From Candidatus Bathyarchaeota archaeon (lineage in GTDB: Archaea > Thermoproteota > Bathyarchaeia > Bathyarchaeales > Bathycorpusculaceae), in the NCBI GenBank assembly GCA_963717465.1, contig OY970340.1, forward strand, positions 2,944,001 through 3,008,000: DNA of 64,000 nucleotides, written 5' to 3'. The translations under genes and the position numbers were made by a program. The notes beneath the pieces were generated by a model. The model was not told where the DNA came from. It made no database searches and saw nothing but the letters and a program-made list of their open reading frames with translations. Positions 42,341 through 52,199 of the stretch are shown in pieces (the first letter of the stretch is position 1; each line of letters begins with the position of its first letter).

Positions 42341-42615
42341 ATAAATAGCGTTCATTGCGTCTATGTTTAAAGGCTTATGGGGCGGTTAAGTTAAAAATAA
42401 TCAGACCTGTGGAATTCATGACTACAAGCACACCACATATTCAATTTTTTGCGTGCTATAGCGTGCAAAGTTTGTGATGTTAATACAATATTTCTATAAT
42501 TTCCTTATTTTAAGATTTAATTTTTTGGATTTCAAATAATTTGACAAAATTTAAATGCAAATAAGGATATACGATAAAATACGGGTAAAAATTAGTTTTC
42601 TAGGAGGTGAAATGT

Positions 42616-42720
42616 TTGCCAAGATGCAAGTATTGCAATAACTCTTTTGACAACGAGGAAGAGTTACAGGATCACACGCATAGAATGCATGGTTTAGAGC
42701 TGGCGAAATCTAAAACTTAA
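42616..42720 (+). CDS. Stand-alone C2H2 zinc-finger microprotein (34 aa; not in ORF track)
   Basis: MPRCKYCNNSFDNEEELQDHTHRMHGLELAKSKT fits C-x2-C-x3-F-x5-L-x2-H-x4-H; GGAGGTGA lies 5 nt before the TTG. Confidence 0.85.
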   Translation: MPRCKYCNNSFDNEEELQDHTHRMHGLELAKSKT

Positions 42721-43302
42721 TTCTTGCAAAAAATTAAGGAGCGTGTGGCTATTCTTAAATTTGTTCAAGTGGCTTGGACGTTATGGAAGCTTCTTTTATT
42801 CGGAATAGCTAGCCAGAAAAATCTCTTCCCTCACAAAGATAATCCAAATAAGAATAAACAGTCTGCTGATTACTCCGACAAATATGGCTTGTTTGCATCC
42901 TTTTTCAGTTATTATGTCACACTCTCGTTCTTTCTCTCTTCATATGCTTAGCCACTAGGAGGCGCCTGCGCCATTTTTTCGAGAGCCGTGGTTTGAGAGT
43001 TAGACGCGTTCAAATAACGCTCATGCAATTATTTTGAGTCACAAAGGAAAAATAATAAACTAAACAAACTAACTTTTATCTTAAAAAAGTTGTTTTTGTG
43101 AAATGGATGCGTCATAGTTAAGCTAAGATGTCTGATCTTGTGGCGGCAAATTGAAAGTAGTCTTTGATTTAATTTAAATATTCTGCTGGACATTTTATGA
43201 GGAAAGCGCGGCTTCCTAAGCTGCACGCTATTAACCTTTAGGTGGCAGCTACGGATAGCCAAAATGGGCGCGTTTACATAACGTGTGAAAGGGAGCGACC
43301 AA

Positions 43303-44295
43303 ATGAAAAACATACAATACACGACATCGCCCGGTGTTCCCCATGCCAGTATGGATGAGGAGTTCCTTACTCATCGAAAAGGTTCGGAATGGTGGTATAA
43401 CACTGGTTACTTGAATGACGAATCAGGCCGAATGTTCGGTTTCCAGTTTACACTTGCCAAGGTAAAGATTTTTGGCATCAAATTCCACATCTTATTGACT
43501 TCTCTCACTGACTATGAAACAGGCAAACACTATTACGAACAAAAAACTGCCTTTTTCGGAAATGGCATAACTGCAACGGCTGAAAGAGTGGCATTTGGCG
43601 ACAGAGCAGAACTGACATTCAGCAAGAATGAGGTGGCCAGCAAGGGTCAAATGGAACTTCGCATGACAGGCAAAAACTATTCGCTGGACGTGCATATGAA
43701 CGCCATCAAACCGCCAGTGTGGCACTGCGAAGACGGCATACTAAAAATGGGCCTCATCAATGACCCAAAGCAAACGACCTATTATTACTCCTATACAAAT
43801 TTAGCTTCAACGGGAAAGCTCACTCTGGAGGGTAAAGAGTTTAATTTGACAGGCAAATCTTGGTTTGATAAGCAGGGTGGAACGTATACGCTTACCAATC
43901 GCTATGTCAATTGGGAGTGGTTTTCCATGCGTTTCTTTGACAACGAAGAAATCATGCTCTTCAGCTTCCCACAGGATAACTATTACGACGGAACCTTCAT
44001 AGATAAATCTGGAAAATACCAACGATTGAAAAACTACACCATAGAACCACTTGGCTTCACTGAGGCCGGCGGCTACAAGTTTTCCAAAGGCTGGAAATTA
44101 AAGATGATGGGCATAAAAGACGAGGAATACACTCTTACCCCCAAAATTGACGGACAATTCAATTTGTTCTTCTTCGAATTACTCGCAGAAATAAAAAACA
44201 AAAACGGTCAACTCGTCGGCTATTCAGTTACAGAATTAATGCCAGGCGTGTACAACAAAAAGCTCAAGGCTTCTAACGCGTTCAAGAAAGTTTAA
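43303..44295 (+). CDS. AttH/CrtC-like (carotenoid 1,2-hydratase family) lipocalin-fold protein
   Basis: H...SEWWYNTGYL, FGFQFT, TYYYS, GKSWFDKQ, WEWFSM. Confidence 0.85.
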   Translation: MKNIQYTTSPGVPHASMDEEFLTHRKGSEWWYNTGYLNDESGRMFGFQFTLAKVKIFGIKFHILLTSLTDYETGKHYYEQKTAFFGNGITATAERVAFGDRAELTFSKNEVASKGQMELRMTGKNYSLDVHMNAIKPPVWHCEDGILKMGLINDPKQTTYYYSYTNLASTGKLTLEGKEFNLTGKSWFDKQGGTYTLTNRYVNWEWFSMRFFDNEEIMLFSFPQDNYYDGTFIDKSGKYQRLKNYTIEPLGFTEAGGYKFSKGWKLKMMGIKDEEYTLTPKIDGQFNLFFFELLAEIKNKNGQLVGYSVTELMPGVYNKKLKASNAFKKV

Positions 44296-44418
44296 TTGTC
44301 AAAATGAATTAGAGAAATCTAATTTCCAGTGAAATGTTTCCTGCTGCACAATCTGGCAGGAAAAAAGAGGTAAAGAGGGTATTTTGGAAGGTGAAAAAAG
44401 AGGAATTCTAAGCGTCCA

Positions 44419-44853
44419 TTATTTAATTCCAAACTTGATGATTTGTTTAGGCTCAAGATTGGTGTCCATCGTCCAGAAATACGCTTTTCCTTTGGCTACT
44501 CTAAAAATAATTAAAGCTGGGCTTTCAGCAGATAAACCCCCGAAGGTTGGCTCTTCAAGATACGGCCTTTCTTGCATTAATTTTTTCTTTGTGCTTGAAT
44601 CGTCTATAAATTCTGCCTCCCCATTTACTATCAACTGGGTTAAACTGTCAGAACTGATAAAGCCTAACGCGATTTTTGGGTTTTCTTTTAGCTGCATTAC
44701 AATGTGTTTCATTGTTGACGTTTGATAATAAAAGCCTGTAGAGTCAGCAAACCACAATCCTATAGCTCGTACTCTTGGCTGATTATTTTTGACAGTCGCT
44801 ATGTGAGTTATCGGGTTTTCCGTAGCGAATTTAATGCAGTCCTCGAATCTCAA
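44419..44853 (-). CDS. Pyridoxamine 5'-phosphate oxidase family (FMN split barrel)
   Basis: IATVKNNQPRVR, FYYQTSTMK, QLKENPKI. Confidence 0.9.
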   Translation of the reverse strand: MRFEDCIKFATENPITHIATVKNNQPRVRAIGLWFADSTGFYYQTSTMKHIVMQLKENPKIALGFISSDSLTQLIVNGEAEFIDDSSTKKKLMQERPYLEEPTFGGLSAESPALIIFRVAKGKAYFWTMDTNLEPKQIIKFGIK

Positions 44854-45110
44854 GAATTTATCACCTTAATTCAAAGTTAAGCAAACCTGAATAAAAATAT
44901 TCAGTCCTACCACCTCAGAAGAATTAATTATTTGAAGAAAGCAAAAGAGACAAAGATTAAAATTTAATTCAACCAACTTAAACTGACAAAAAACAACTAC
45001 AATTTAAATAATTTCTTAACACCTTGATTTTTTTTGTGTCAGTTAGAATTTGATTCTAAAAGTTGGTGTTTAGTAGTGCATCGTGATTAAAACTAATTTA
45101 ATTTAAAGTG

Positions 45111-46025
45111 TTAAATTCTTCCAATGATCAGTCCTAAAAAGAAGCTTAAGAGTGGCGCAATAACCCAGGTCAGAATAATCAAAAGGAATGGCTTAAGTGA
45201 GACAAATTTTGATTTGTATGAGATGCCTATTGCAAAAACTGATGATGATGCGGCTTGAGTGTTTGAAAGTGGAATTTTCAAGAGAGTAGCTGCCTCAACG
45301 AGAATAGTTGAAGTTAATAGGGTCGCAGTTGCGTTTGGGTATCGCATGAGGTAAAATTCTTGTGATACTCTGCGAATCTCGCCTGCACTCAAATAGAATG
45401 CTCCTAAGAAGACTGCAACAATCGACAAAGCAATTGTAGTTAAGCTGTAACCGCCTATTGAGACTATTAATCCGAGGGTGTTAGCTCCCAGCACGTATGA
45501 TGTGGAAAAAGCTAAGGCAATAAGTATAATTTTGTAAATCTGCAACCTCCTCCAAATGTTCTTAGGGCGACTTCGATTGATAATTCGGATTAAATAAAAA
45601 GAAAATACCATGGCTATTACTGGAGCTACAATCCACATTGCAACAACTTCAGTTAAGTAGCTGGCGCTTAGAAGAACGCCTCCCGCCACAGATAAGCCTG
45701 CCAGTACGCCTACAAGTGACATGCTGATTGACATGGGTGCCCTAATCAAATAAGCAATAACGAAAATTAGTATAGAAACTATCAAAGCTTCTGCCCTAAA
45801 CTGCAGTGACCCAGTTGGCAAAAGCAAATTGACTGTACTTGTCATTCCGGCTCCTTGAGCGATAAGTCCCACTGAAAAGCCGATGCCACCAAGAAGCATA
45901 CCAAACCTTTTAGTTATTATTCTTGAGCCAATTGCAGGTCCAACGCACGCGGAGAAATTATTTCCAGCGACCAACATCACTGCGATGAACGTTAACGCAA
46001 GTAGAGCTATTGGGAGCCAAAGCAT
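45111..46025 (-). CDS. Inorganic phosphate transporter (PiT family)
   Basis: AGNNFSA and GANTLG signature-like repeats; PMSISMS and IPLSNTQ; probable ATG at 46025. Confidence 0.85.
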   Translation of the reverse strand: MLWLPIALLALTFIAVMLVAGNNFSACVGPAIGSRIITKRFGMLLGGIGFSVGLIAQGAGMTSTVNLLLPTGSLQFRAEALIVSILIFVIAYLIRAPMSISMSLVGVLAGLSVAGGVLLSASYLTEVVAMWIVAPVIAMVFSFYLIRIINRSRPKNIWRRLQIYKIILIALAFSTSYVLGANTLGLIVSIGGYSLTTIALSIVAVFLGAFYLSAGEIRRVSQEFYLMRYPNATATLLTSTILVEAATLLKIPLSNTQAASSSVFAIGISYKSKFVSLKPFLLIILTWVIAPLLSFFLGLIIGRI

Positions 46026-46032
46026 TAATCGG

Positions 46033-46704
46033 TCACTTAAGTATGGAAGTAACGGTTGAAACAAGCAAGTCTGAAAGGTCTTCGCATAAGTCAAGCACAT
46101 CATCGCATTTATGAAGAAGTTCCTGAAAATGATAAAATTCCAAGTAATGAATTTTAACTGTGAGACCGTACAGCTTGTCAAAACCCTGATCCTTTACATC
46201 ATCACCCTGCTCTTCCAAGGACTCAATTTCTTTACGCAACTCCACAATCCGATTGATATCGGATGATGATAGAGCTTCTTTGAGCTTAGAAAGCGACTTA
46301 TCCGCAAGGGCAAGCATATTTTCATATACAGAGTCCCAATCAGCATGCCGCAATTCAAGCCCTGAGGAGTAGGCAGACGCCATTCTATTAAGCTCTCGGG
46401 CAATATAGTAGAATGTATCCACGATATCGTCGGCTGTTTGAACGGACTCCAGCAAAGTATCTATTACATTTGGGCTAATCGCGCCGCTTGTTATATCCTC
46501 GCTTACCTTGAAGGCTATCACATCTGATTTCCTTTCAAGCGTCTGAACAGCATGCAAAGCTGGCGTTAAATCCTTCCGGTTGTAATTCATTTTGAACATT
46601 TCTGCCACAAGCTTGTTGGTTTGGGCAGCAATGTCAACTATTTGTGAAAGCTCTCCGAAAATATTTTTTTCTCCAATAACTAAGATTCCCTTAAAGTTTT
46701 TCAA
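46033..46704 (-). CDS. DUF47/PhoU-like phosphate transport regulator
   Basis: LERKSD...ADDIVD and LEEQGDDVK...DDVLDLCED repeats; directly upstream of PiT. Confidence 0.9.
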   Translation of the reverse strand: MKNFKGILVIGEKNIFGELSQIVDIAAQTNKLVAEMFKMNYNRKDLTPALHAVQTLERKSDVIAFKVSEDITSGAISPNVIDTLLESVQTADDIVDTFYYIARELNRMASAYSSGLELRHADWDSVYENMLALADKSLSKLKEALSSSDINRIVELRKEIESLEEQGDDVKDQGFDKLYGLTVKIHYLEFYHFQELLHKCDDVLDLCEDLSDLLVSTVTSILK

Positions 46705-46833
46705 TCAGCACAATCCCTATGTAACCATGGGTTACCTGCTCATACAACCAAGTATTTAGAATTTTCTGCAAGTTATTGAGCTACATTTTGTTCTGCCATT
46801 TAAGCAAAGAATTTGGAAACTAAGTGCAGTTAA

Positions 46834-48339
46834 TTAGTTGGGAGTTAAGCTGTTTTTTTCATTTTTTGAATTGTTTCCGTTTTTGAATATCTTGTTGTTT
46901 ATTGCTAAACTTAAGATGATACAAACTATTGCTAAACTTATGCCTATAGCGAAGACAATGTTGAATGCTGCGACAGAAGGTACAAGAACCGAAACACTGT
47001 AACCTTTTATCGTCTCCGTCGCCAGTACTGTATAAGATGCTAAGACTGTTGTTGTAAGCACTGGCCCTATGGCGCCTCCAATTTGCTTTAGCATTTGGTT
47101 TAATCCTTGTCCAACAGCCACTGATTCTTTTGGAGTAGAGACAGATATCATATTAACGACTGGCACAAACAGAGCAATAACTCCTGCAAATGCAACCATA
47201 ACATCAAGGGTTACAGAAATTCCAGTCCCTCTGTTAACAATAAGCAATAAAAAGCTGAGAATGGAAACAGCTGCACCAGTGATAATTATTGGTTTTGGCC
47301 CAGTTTTTGCTAATATACGCCCTGCTAGCGGTCCCGAGATAAACATGACGATTGTGCCAGGCACCAGCGTTAAGCCTGTTGCGATAATGTCAAAGCCCAA
47401 CCCGTACGGCGTGAATAGCTCCAAGTATTCAATTATCGAAAAGAACAGCAAGAAATTAGATAACCCAGCTATAATTGCTACTACGTTAGCAATCAACACA
47501 TTCCTTACTTTTAGCAGATTTATTGGGATTAACGGTTCTTCTGTCTTGCTTTCAAAGTAGAAAAACGAAACTGTAAGTGCAAGCCCCGCAATTAGAAACA
47601 CAAGTTCTTCAAGCGAAAGCCACCCTAAAGCTGACCCTTCAGTAGTGTACACCAGTATGAGCGCTATCCCCATCGATAAAAGAAAGGCGCCGATATAGTC
47701 TACCTTACATTTTATCCTTGAAACGTCTCGTTTTAAAACCGCAAAAATGGCGATAAGAAGAACCACGCTTAAGATGGCTGCCGTGTGAAAAGCATATTGC
47801 CAACTAAGATTCTGAATAACATATGCTCCGACCACTAGTCCAAGCGCGGTGCTAATAGCCGCTGAACCTGCGATGGCTCCTTGCGCAGTGGCTAACCTTT
47901 CTTTCGGAAAAATGTCAGTAAGGAAAGCGAGTGACAGAGGTATCACGGCTAATCCGACGCCTTGAATAGCTCTGGCAACAAGCAAGAAGTAGATGGATGT
48001 TGAGAAACCTGCGATGCTGACGCCGATGGTGTAGAAGAGCCAGGTTGCAATAATGATTTTTCTTTTACCATATAGATCTCCAAGTTTGCCAAATATTGGT
48101 GAGACCACAGCGCCAACAAGCAGAACAATAGCGGTAATCCAGGATCCGATTGTACTTGTGGTTGAAAGATCATTTTCTATTATAGGGATGCCTGGAAGAA
48201 CCATAGTTTCTACATAACTAACAAGAAGAACTGCTGCAGTTAAGGCTATTAGCGCTCGAACAGGATAATGATCAACTTTTCGAGCTTCTAAATGATTGGT
48301 TGTTTTTGAGTCGGATGCTAAAGGTTTTGCCGCGCTCAC
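46834..48339 (-). CDS. MFS transporter (14-TM, DHA2-like)
   Basis: GKLGDLYGKRK motif A, LVARAIQGVG, WQYAF. Confidence 0.93.
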   Translation of the reverse strand: MSAAKPLASDSKTTNHLEARKVDHYPVRALIALTAAVLLVSYVETMVLPGIPIIENDLSTTSTIGSWITAIVLLVGAVVSPIFGKLGDLYGKRKIIIATWLFYTIGVSIAGFSTSIYFLLVARAIQGVGLAVIPLSLAFLTDIFPKERLATAQGAIAGSAAISTALGLVVGAYVIQNLSWQYAFHTAAILSVVLLIAIFAVLKRDVSRIKCKVDYIGAFLLSMGIALILVYTTEGSALGWLSLEELVFLIAGLALTVSFFYFESKTEEPLIPINLLKVRNVLIANVVAIIAGLSNFLLFFSIIEYLELFTPYGLGFDIIATGLTLVPGTIVMFISGPLAGRILAKTGPKPIIITGAAVSILSFLLLIVNRGTGISVTLDVMVAFAGVIALFVPVVNMISVSTPKESVAVGQGLNQMLKQIGGAIGPVLTTTVLASYTVLATETIKGYSVSVLVPSVAAFNIVFAIGISLAIVCIILSLAINNKIFKNGNNSKNEKNSLTPN

Positions 48340-48355
48340 TTTTTACGCCTAACTT

Positions 48356-48372
48356 ACTAACTAATGGTTAGT
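48356..48372. promoter_or_regulatory. Probable TetR operator
   Basis: ACTAAC-taatg-GTTAGT inverted repeat between the TATA region and the MFS start, in the divergent MFS/TetR spacer. Confidence 0.6.
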
Positions 48373-48453
48373 TTACTAACTATAATATAAGTTATAAATC
48401 TTATGGTATAATATATCTTAAATACCAAAGTTCACATATTATTTACGATCAAA

Positions 48454-49089
48454 ATGCCAAGAGTAATTCCTGAATACAAAGAAGCGGCTAAAGACCGAAT
48501 TATCAACGCAGCGATCAGAGTTTTCTCTAAAAAAGGATACCAAGACACTAGCATGGACGAAATAGCCAAAGAAGTAGGAGTAACAAAAGCGACTCTTTAC
48601 TTATATTTCGAGAGCAAAAAAGACCTACTAAAGATAATTTCTAAGTTAGCAAGTCAAACTCTTAGAGAAAATCTTCACAAATCATTCAAAAACCATGATT
48701 ACATGGAGGCATTTGAAGAAATCTTCAAGATGAAGAAGGATATGCTAACAAGGATTCTCCATACAAGTTTTGAAATGATTGCGCTTTCATCAAACGATGA
48801 AAGTATCCGAAAGATCATAAGCGACGAGCGCAAAAAGGACTTAGAAGAATTAGAGGCACACATAAAAAACCAGATGAATAAAGGAATAATTAGAAACGAT
48901 GTGGATGCTTACGTGCTGGCCAATCTAGTTTTAGCTCTCTACTGGGAAATGACGACTCAATTAGTCGCGGGGTTTGACCAAACAAAAGTCCATGAAACAT
49001 GGGACAAGTCACTTGCAGTTATACTAGGAAAACATAAAGTTGATCCTGCCTACGATCACAAGCCAGCAAAAAAAATCGATTTAAAATAA
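48454..49089 (+). CDS. TetR/AcrR family regulator
   Basis: IINAAIRVFSKKGYQDTSMDEIAKEVGVTKATLYLYFESKKDL. Confidence 0.96.
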   Translation: MPRVIPEYKEAAKDRIINAAIRVFSKKGYQDTSMDEIAKEVGVTKATLYLYFESKKDLLKIISKLASQTLRENLHKSFKNHDYMEAFEEIFKMKKDMLTRILHTSFEMIALSSNDESIRKIISDERKKDLEELEAHIKNQMNKGIIRNDVDAYVLANLVLALYWEMTTQLVAGFDQTKVHETWDKSLAVILGKHKVDPAYDHKPAKKIDLK

Positions 49090-49279
49090 ATGACCTAGCA
49101 AGCAGAGACACTTTCTTTATAGTACTTCCCATAATTTCAGAAAAAGGCACTGCGTAAACTGCTGAGGATCCGAACAGAGAAGATAGATTGCAAAATTTCT
49201 GATGACCACCTTGTCTACTTTTGAATTAAGTTTTTAAGTTGCGACACCTTTTTATGCAAATCTGGAAAGTGTTTTTGTT

Positions 49280-49774
49280 ATGTCTTTTCTTGACTTGATT
49301 CTTAGCCGCAGAAGCATAAGGAAATATGAACCAAAAGACGTGCCTGATGATGTTTTGAAGCGGATTCTGGAAGCTGGCAGACAAGCGCCCTCCGCAGCTA
49401 ATAGGCAACCCATTCATTTTGTTGTAGTCAGGGACACCGAAAAAAAGAAGAAACTGTCGGCTTTGCTTAGCCGTTTTATTAAAGACGCACCAATTGTCAT
49501 TGTTGGATGCGCAGATGAAAAATCTACTTTAACTGGAAAATGGGCCGTTGTCGATACAGCAATTGCAATGGAGAACATGGTTATAGCTGCTTGGACTCTG
49601 GGTGTAGGTTCATGCTGGGTAGGATCGTTCGATGAAGACAGCGCTAAAAAATTCTTGAACATTCCTGATAAATGGAAAGTTGTAGCCTTAGTAACCTTTG
49701 GCTATCCGGCTGAGCAACCAAAACCGAGAAACAAAAAATCATTTGAAGAACTGTTCAGCTTCGAAAAGTTCTAA
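49280..49774 (+). CDS. Nitroreductase family protein
   Basis: RRSIRKY, APSAANRQP, LGVGSCWVG, GYPAE. Confidence 0.95.
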   Translation: MSFLDLILSRRSIRKYEPKDVPDDVLKRILEAGRQAPSAANRQPIHFVVVRDTEKKKKLSALLSRFIKDAPIVIVGCADEKSTLTGKWAVVDTAIAMENMVIAAWTLGVGSCWVGSFDEDSAKKFLNIPDKWKVVALVTFGYPAEQPKPRNKKSFEELFSFEKF

Positions 49775-49946
49775 GCTTTAACTGCAAAAGTATTTTTTAG
49801 ATTTATTCTTTTGCAGGATTAATTTGTTAAATAAAAGAAAACAATAAAGAATTCAAGATTAGAAAATTCTTAAATTTCACTTTTTTGTTAATTAACATAG
49901 TGAGAGTTTGCTTCAAATCCATTTTAAAGATAAGTGAGGCTTAAAA

Positions 49947-50663
49947 TTGAGTGAAATTTTAAAAATAATTCAAGAAAGGCAATCTTCACGAGTTCCTTTT
50001 GACGCCGAAAAAACTATAACAAAAGAAATTCTAAAACAGATTTTGGAAGCTGCAAAATGGGCACCCACAGCCCACAATATGCAAAACTTCAATGTGATAG
50101 TTGTAGACGACAAAAAAGTCCTTGAAAAAATAGGAAACATCAAATCCAAAATATCAGAAGATTTTCTAAGCGAGAATTATGAGCAACTGTCTTTTTCAAA
50201 AGAAGAGTTGATGAAGAAAAAAACCGGGATTTTAGGAACCATGTTTCCTCCCGGATGGACTGACCCAAAAAAATTCTCTGAAATAGCCAAAAAGACAGAA
50301 GCCAGACCATTGAATCAATCTATTGATGGCAGTCCTACACTACTAATACTCACTTATGATTCTATGAAGAGAGCTCCTGCATCAGAAGGCGATGTTTTAG
50401 GATTCATAAGTTTAGGGTGCGTGATGGAGAACATGTGGATCATGGCACAATCACTTGGCGTAAGCTTGCAGATTCTAAGTGTCTTCTCATCGTCGCCTGT
50501 AGAAACAGAGCTAAAGAAGCTTTTAGGCATCCCAACGAATTTCAAAATCGCTTACGCTTGCCGCTTAGGATACCCAACAGAAGACAGCAAATACTTCAGA
50601 GTACGCCGAGACATCGAAGACTTTGCATATCAGAACAAATTCGGAAAAAAAATCTCACTTTAG
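49947..50663 (+). CDS. Nitroreductase family protein with an internal insertion
   Basis: ERQSSRVPF, WAPTAHNMQ, ENMWIMAQSLG, RLGYP. Confidence 0.9.
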   Translation: MSEILKIIQERQSSRVPFDAEKTITKEILKQILEAAKWAPTAHNMQNFNVIVVDDKKVLEKIGNIKSKISEDFLSENYEQLSFSKEELMKKKTGILGTMFPPGWTDPKKFSEIAKKTEARPLNQSIDGSPTLLILTYDSMKRAPASEGDVLGFISLGCVMENMWIMAQSLGVSLQILSVFSSSPVETELKKLLGIPTNFKIAYACRLGYPTEDSKYFRVRRDIEDFAYQNKFGKKISL

Positions 50664-50824
50664 CTTAAGCTAACATTTGAAAAAGATTTCAGCTTATAGC
50701 GTTAAGCCAAACTTGCATTTTAGAACAAATTTAAGTAACTTGCAGATAAAAATATAAAAAAAATTTCTCAAAGTCCACCAACAACAATAATAAGCGGGGA
50801 AACATTCTTCAAACAAGATTTACT

Positions 50825-50971
50825 ATGGTGTTTAGAGACCCAGTTTGTGGAACTGTTCTAGATGAGAACACGGCTAAATTTAAAATCTCATACGAAGGAG
50901 AAACATACTATTTCTGCAGCCTAGTTTGCAAAAAACGATTCAAGAGACACCAGACAAAATTCATAAAATAA
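50825..50971 (+). CDS. YHS/TRASH domain protein (48 aa; not in ORF track)
   Basis: MVFRDPVCGTVLDENTAKFKISYEGETYYFCSLVCKKRFKRHQTKFIK has the DPVCG...YYFCS..C...F signature. Confidence 0.9.
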   Translation: MVFRDPVCGTVLDENTAKFKISYEGETYYFCSLVCKKRFKRHQTKFIK

Positions 50972-51002
50972 ATTTAAAAAATAAAAATGGGTTTTTTGCT
51001 AG

Positions 51003-51572
51003 TTACCTTAGAGCACTCCACACTGCGGCAACTAATAAACCGCCGATTATTGGAGCTACCAAAATAGCCAAAGTTGCTTTATGAATATGAAAGACATTAC
51101 CACTTCAGCTACAAAACATGATGCTAAAGTAAAGCCTGCAGGAGACGCTGTACCATAACCGTTTTGGGCAAGACCATAAGCAGCTAAGGAGTATGAGGTA
51201 TTACCAATTGCAATCCATAAAGCAAAGCTGAAGGAAAAATTGCACCAATGCATTGAAATATAATGTAGAAAACGGTATCTTTTACGCTTAGTTTACTGCA
51301 GCTAACATTGATATCGAAATAGCAGGGTTTATGTGACATCCAGAAATGCTGCCAATTGCATAAACCATGACAAGAACCACAAGACCGAAAGCAAAAGAAA
51401 CACCAAGCCAACCAATACTCAGACCTAATACAGTTCCCCCAATTACTACACTAATTACTGTACTTCCGCAGCCCATGAGGACTAGCACGAATGTTCCAAT
51501 AAGTTCTGCGAGATATTTTTTCAAGTCAGTATTAAGCAATGGCTGTTCAACACTTTTTACGATTTCACTCAT
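51003..51572 (-). pseudogene. Aquaporin (MIP family, AqpZ-like) pseudogene
   Basis: [10 protein letters not shown] and SGCHINPA present; at least three frameshifts; VAEVVMSFIF runs straight into IKQLWLFW-VAPIIGG, so TM5 and the second NPA are absent. Confidence 0.85.
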
Positions 51573-51878
51573 TTTAATTCCACTTTAATTTTTGCCCTTT
51601 TTTTCAAGTTAGCGCTTATAATATTTTCCAACAAGTTATACCTAATCTGCTCCAGCCTCCAACGCAATAATGAAAAGACGGCGCTAACTCTTTTATTGAT
51701 TCAGATAGTTAGGAAGCGTGAAACATTTTTGGCATTGACAAAAGAATTTCAAACACAAGCAAATTGACTCCACATTTATTGAAAATTTTGAAAAAAACTC
51801 TGCATAATTTTAAATATGAGCAGATGAGCTAAAACTAATTAGCAAGCTAGCGGTCGGCAATATGTATGGTGAGCATCC

Positions 51879-52076
51879 ATGGGCAATGAAGGGAAAGGTA
51901 CGATCTTTAGAAGAAAAGATGATAGGTATTTACTGTATTTGCCTGTTAAAGTTGTAGATGACAGCATGTTTCCGTTCAAGTGCAATAGTTCGATGCCTGT
52001 TAAATTAAAGTTTAATCCTAATGAAGGAAAACTTGTCGTCGAAAAATGGGATGAGACGAAGAAAAGCAATTCTTAA
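51879..52076 (+). CDS. Small AbrB/SpoVT-like protein
   Basis: GKGTIFRR...YLLYLPVKVV...VKLKF...KLVVEK swapped-hairpin pattern; GGTGA ribosome-binding site. Confidence 0.6.
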   Translation: MGNEGKGTIFRRKDDRYLLYLPVKVVDDSMFPFKCNSSMPVKLKFNPNEGKLVVEKWDETKKSNS

Positions 52077-52199
52077 AACTTAAATTCTTTTACTAAATTC
52101 TGATTTCTTAAAAAAAGTTTAATTCGGTTTTTGCTATAGTTCGGCAACTTTTTATCTTGCATGTATCTAATAATTTTGAAGCAGTTGAGCGTGAATTTT

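Noticed and set aside
42724..43025. Short ORFs on both strands (75 aa plus; about 48 aa minus, MKREERECDII...)
   Set aside because: No recognisable motif or RBS; possibly a decayed membrane-protein gene, but not supportable.
49141..49220. Fluoride-riboswitch-like words (TAAACTGCT...CTGATGAC)
   Set aside because: The 5' GGxGATGG pseudoknot segment is missing and the downstream gene is a nitroreductase.
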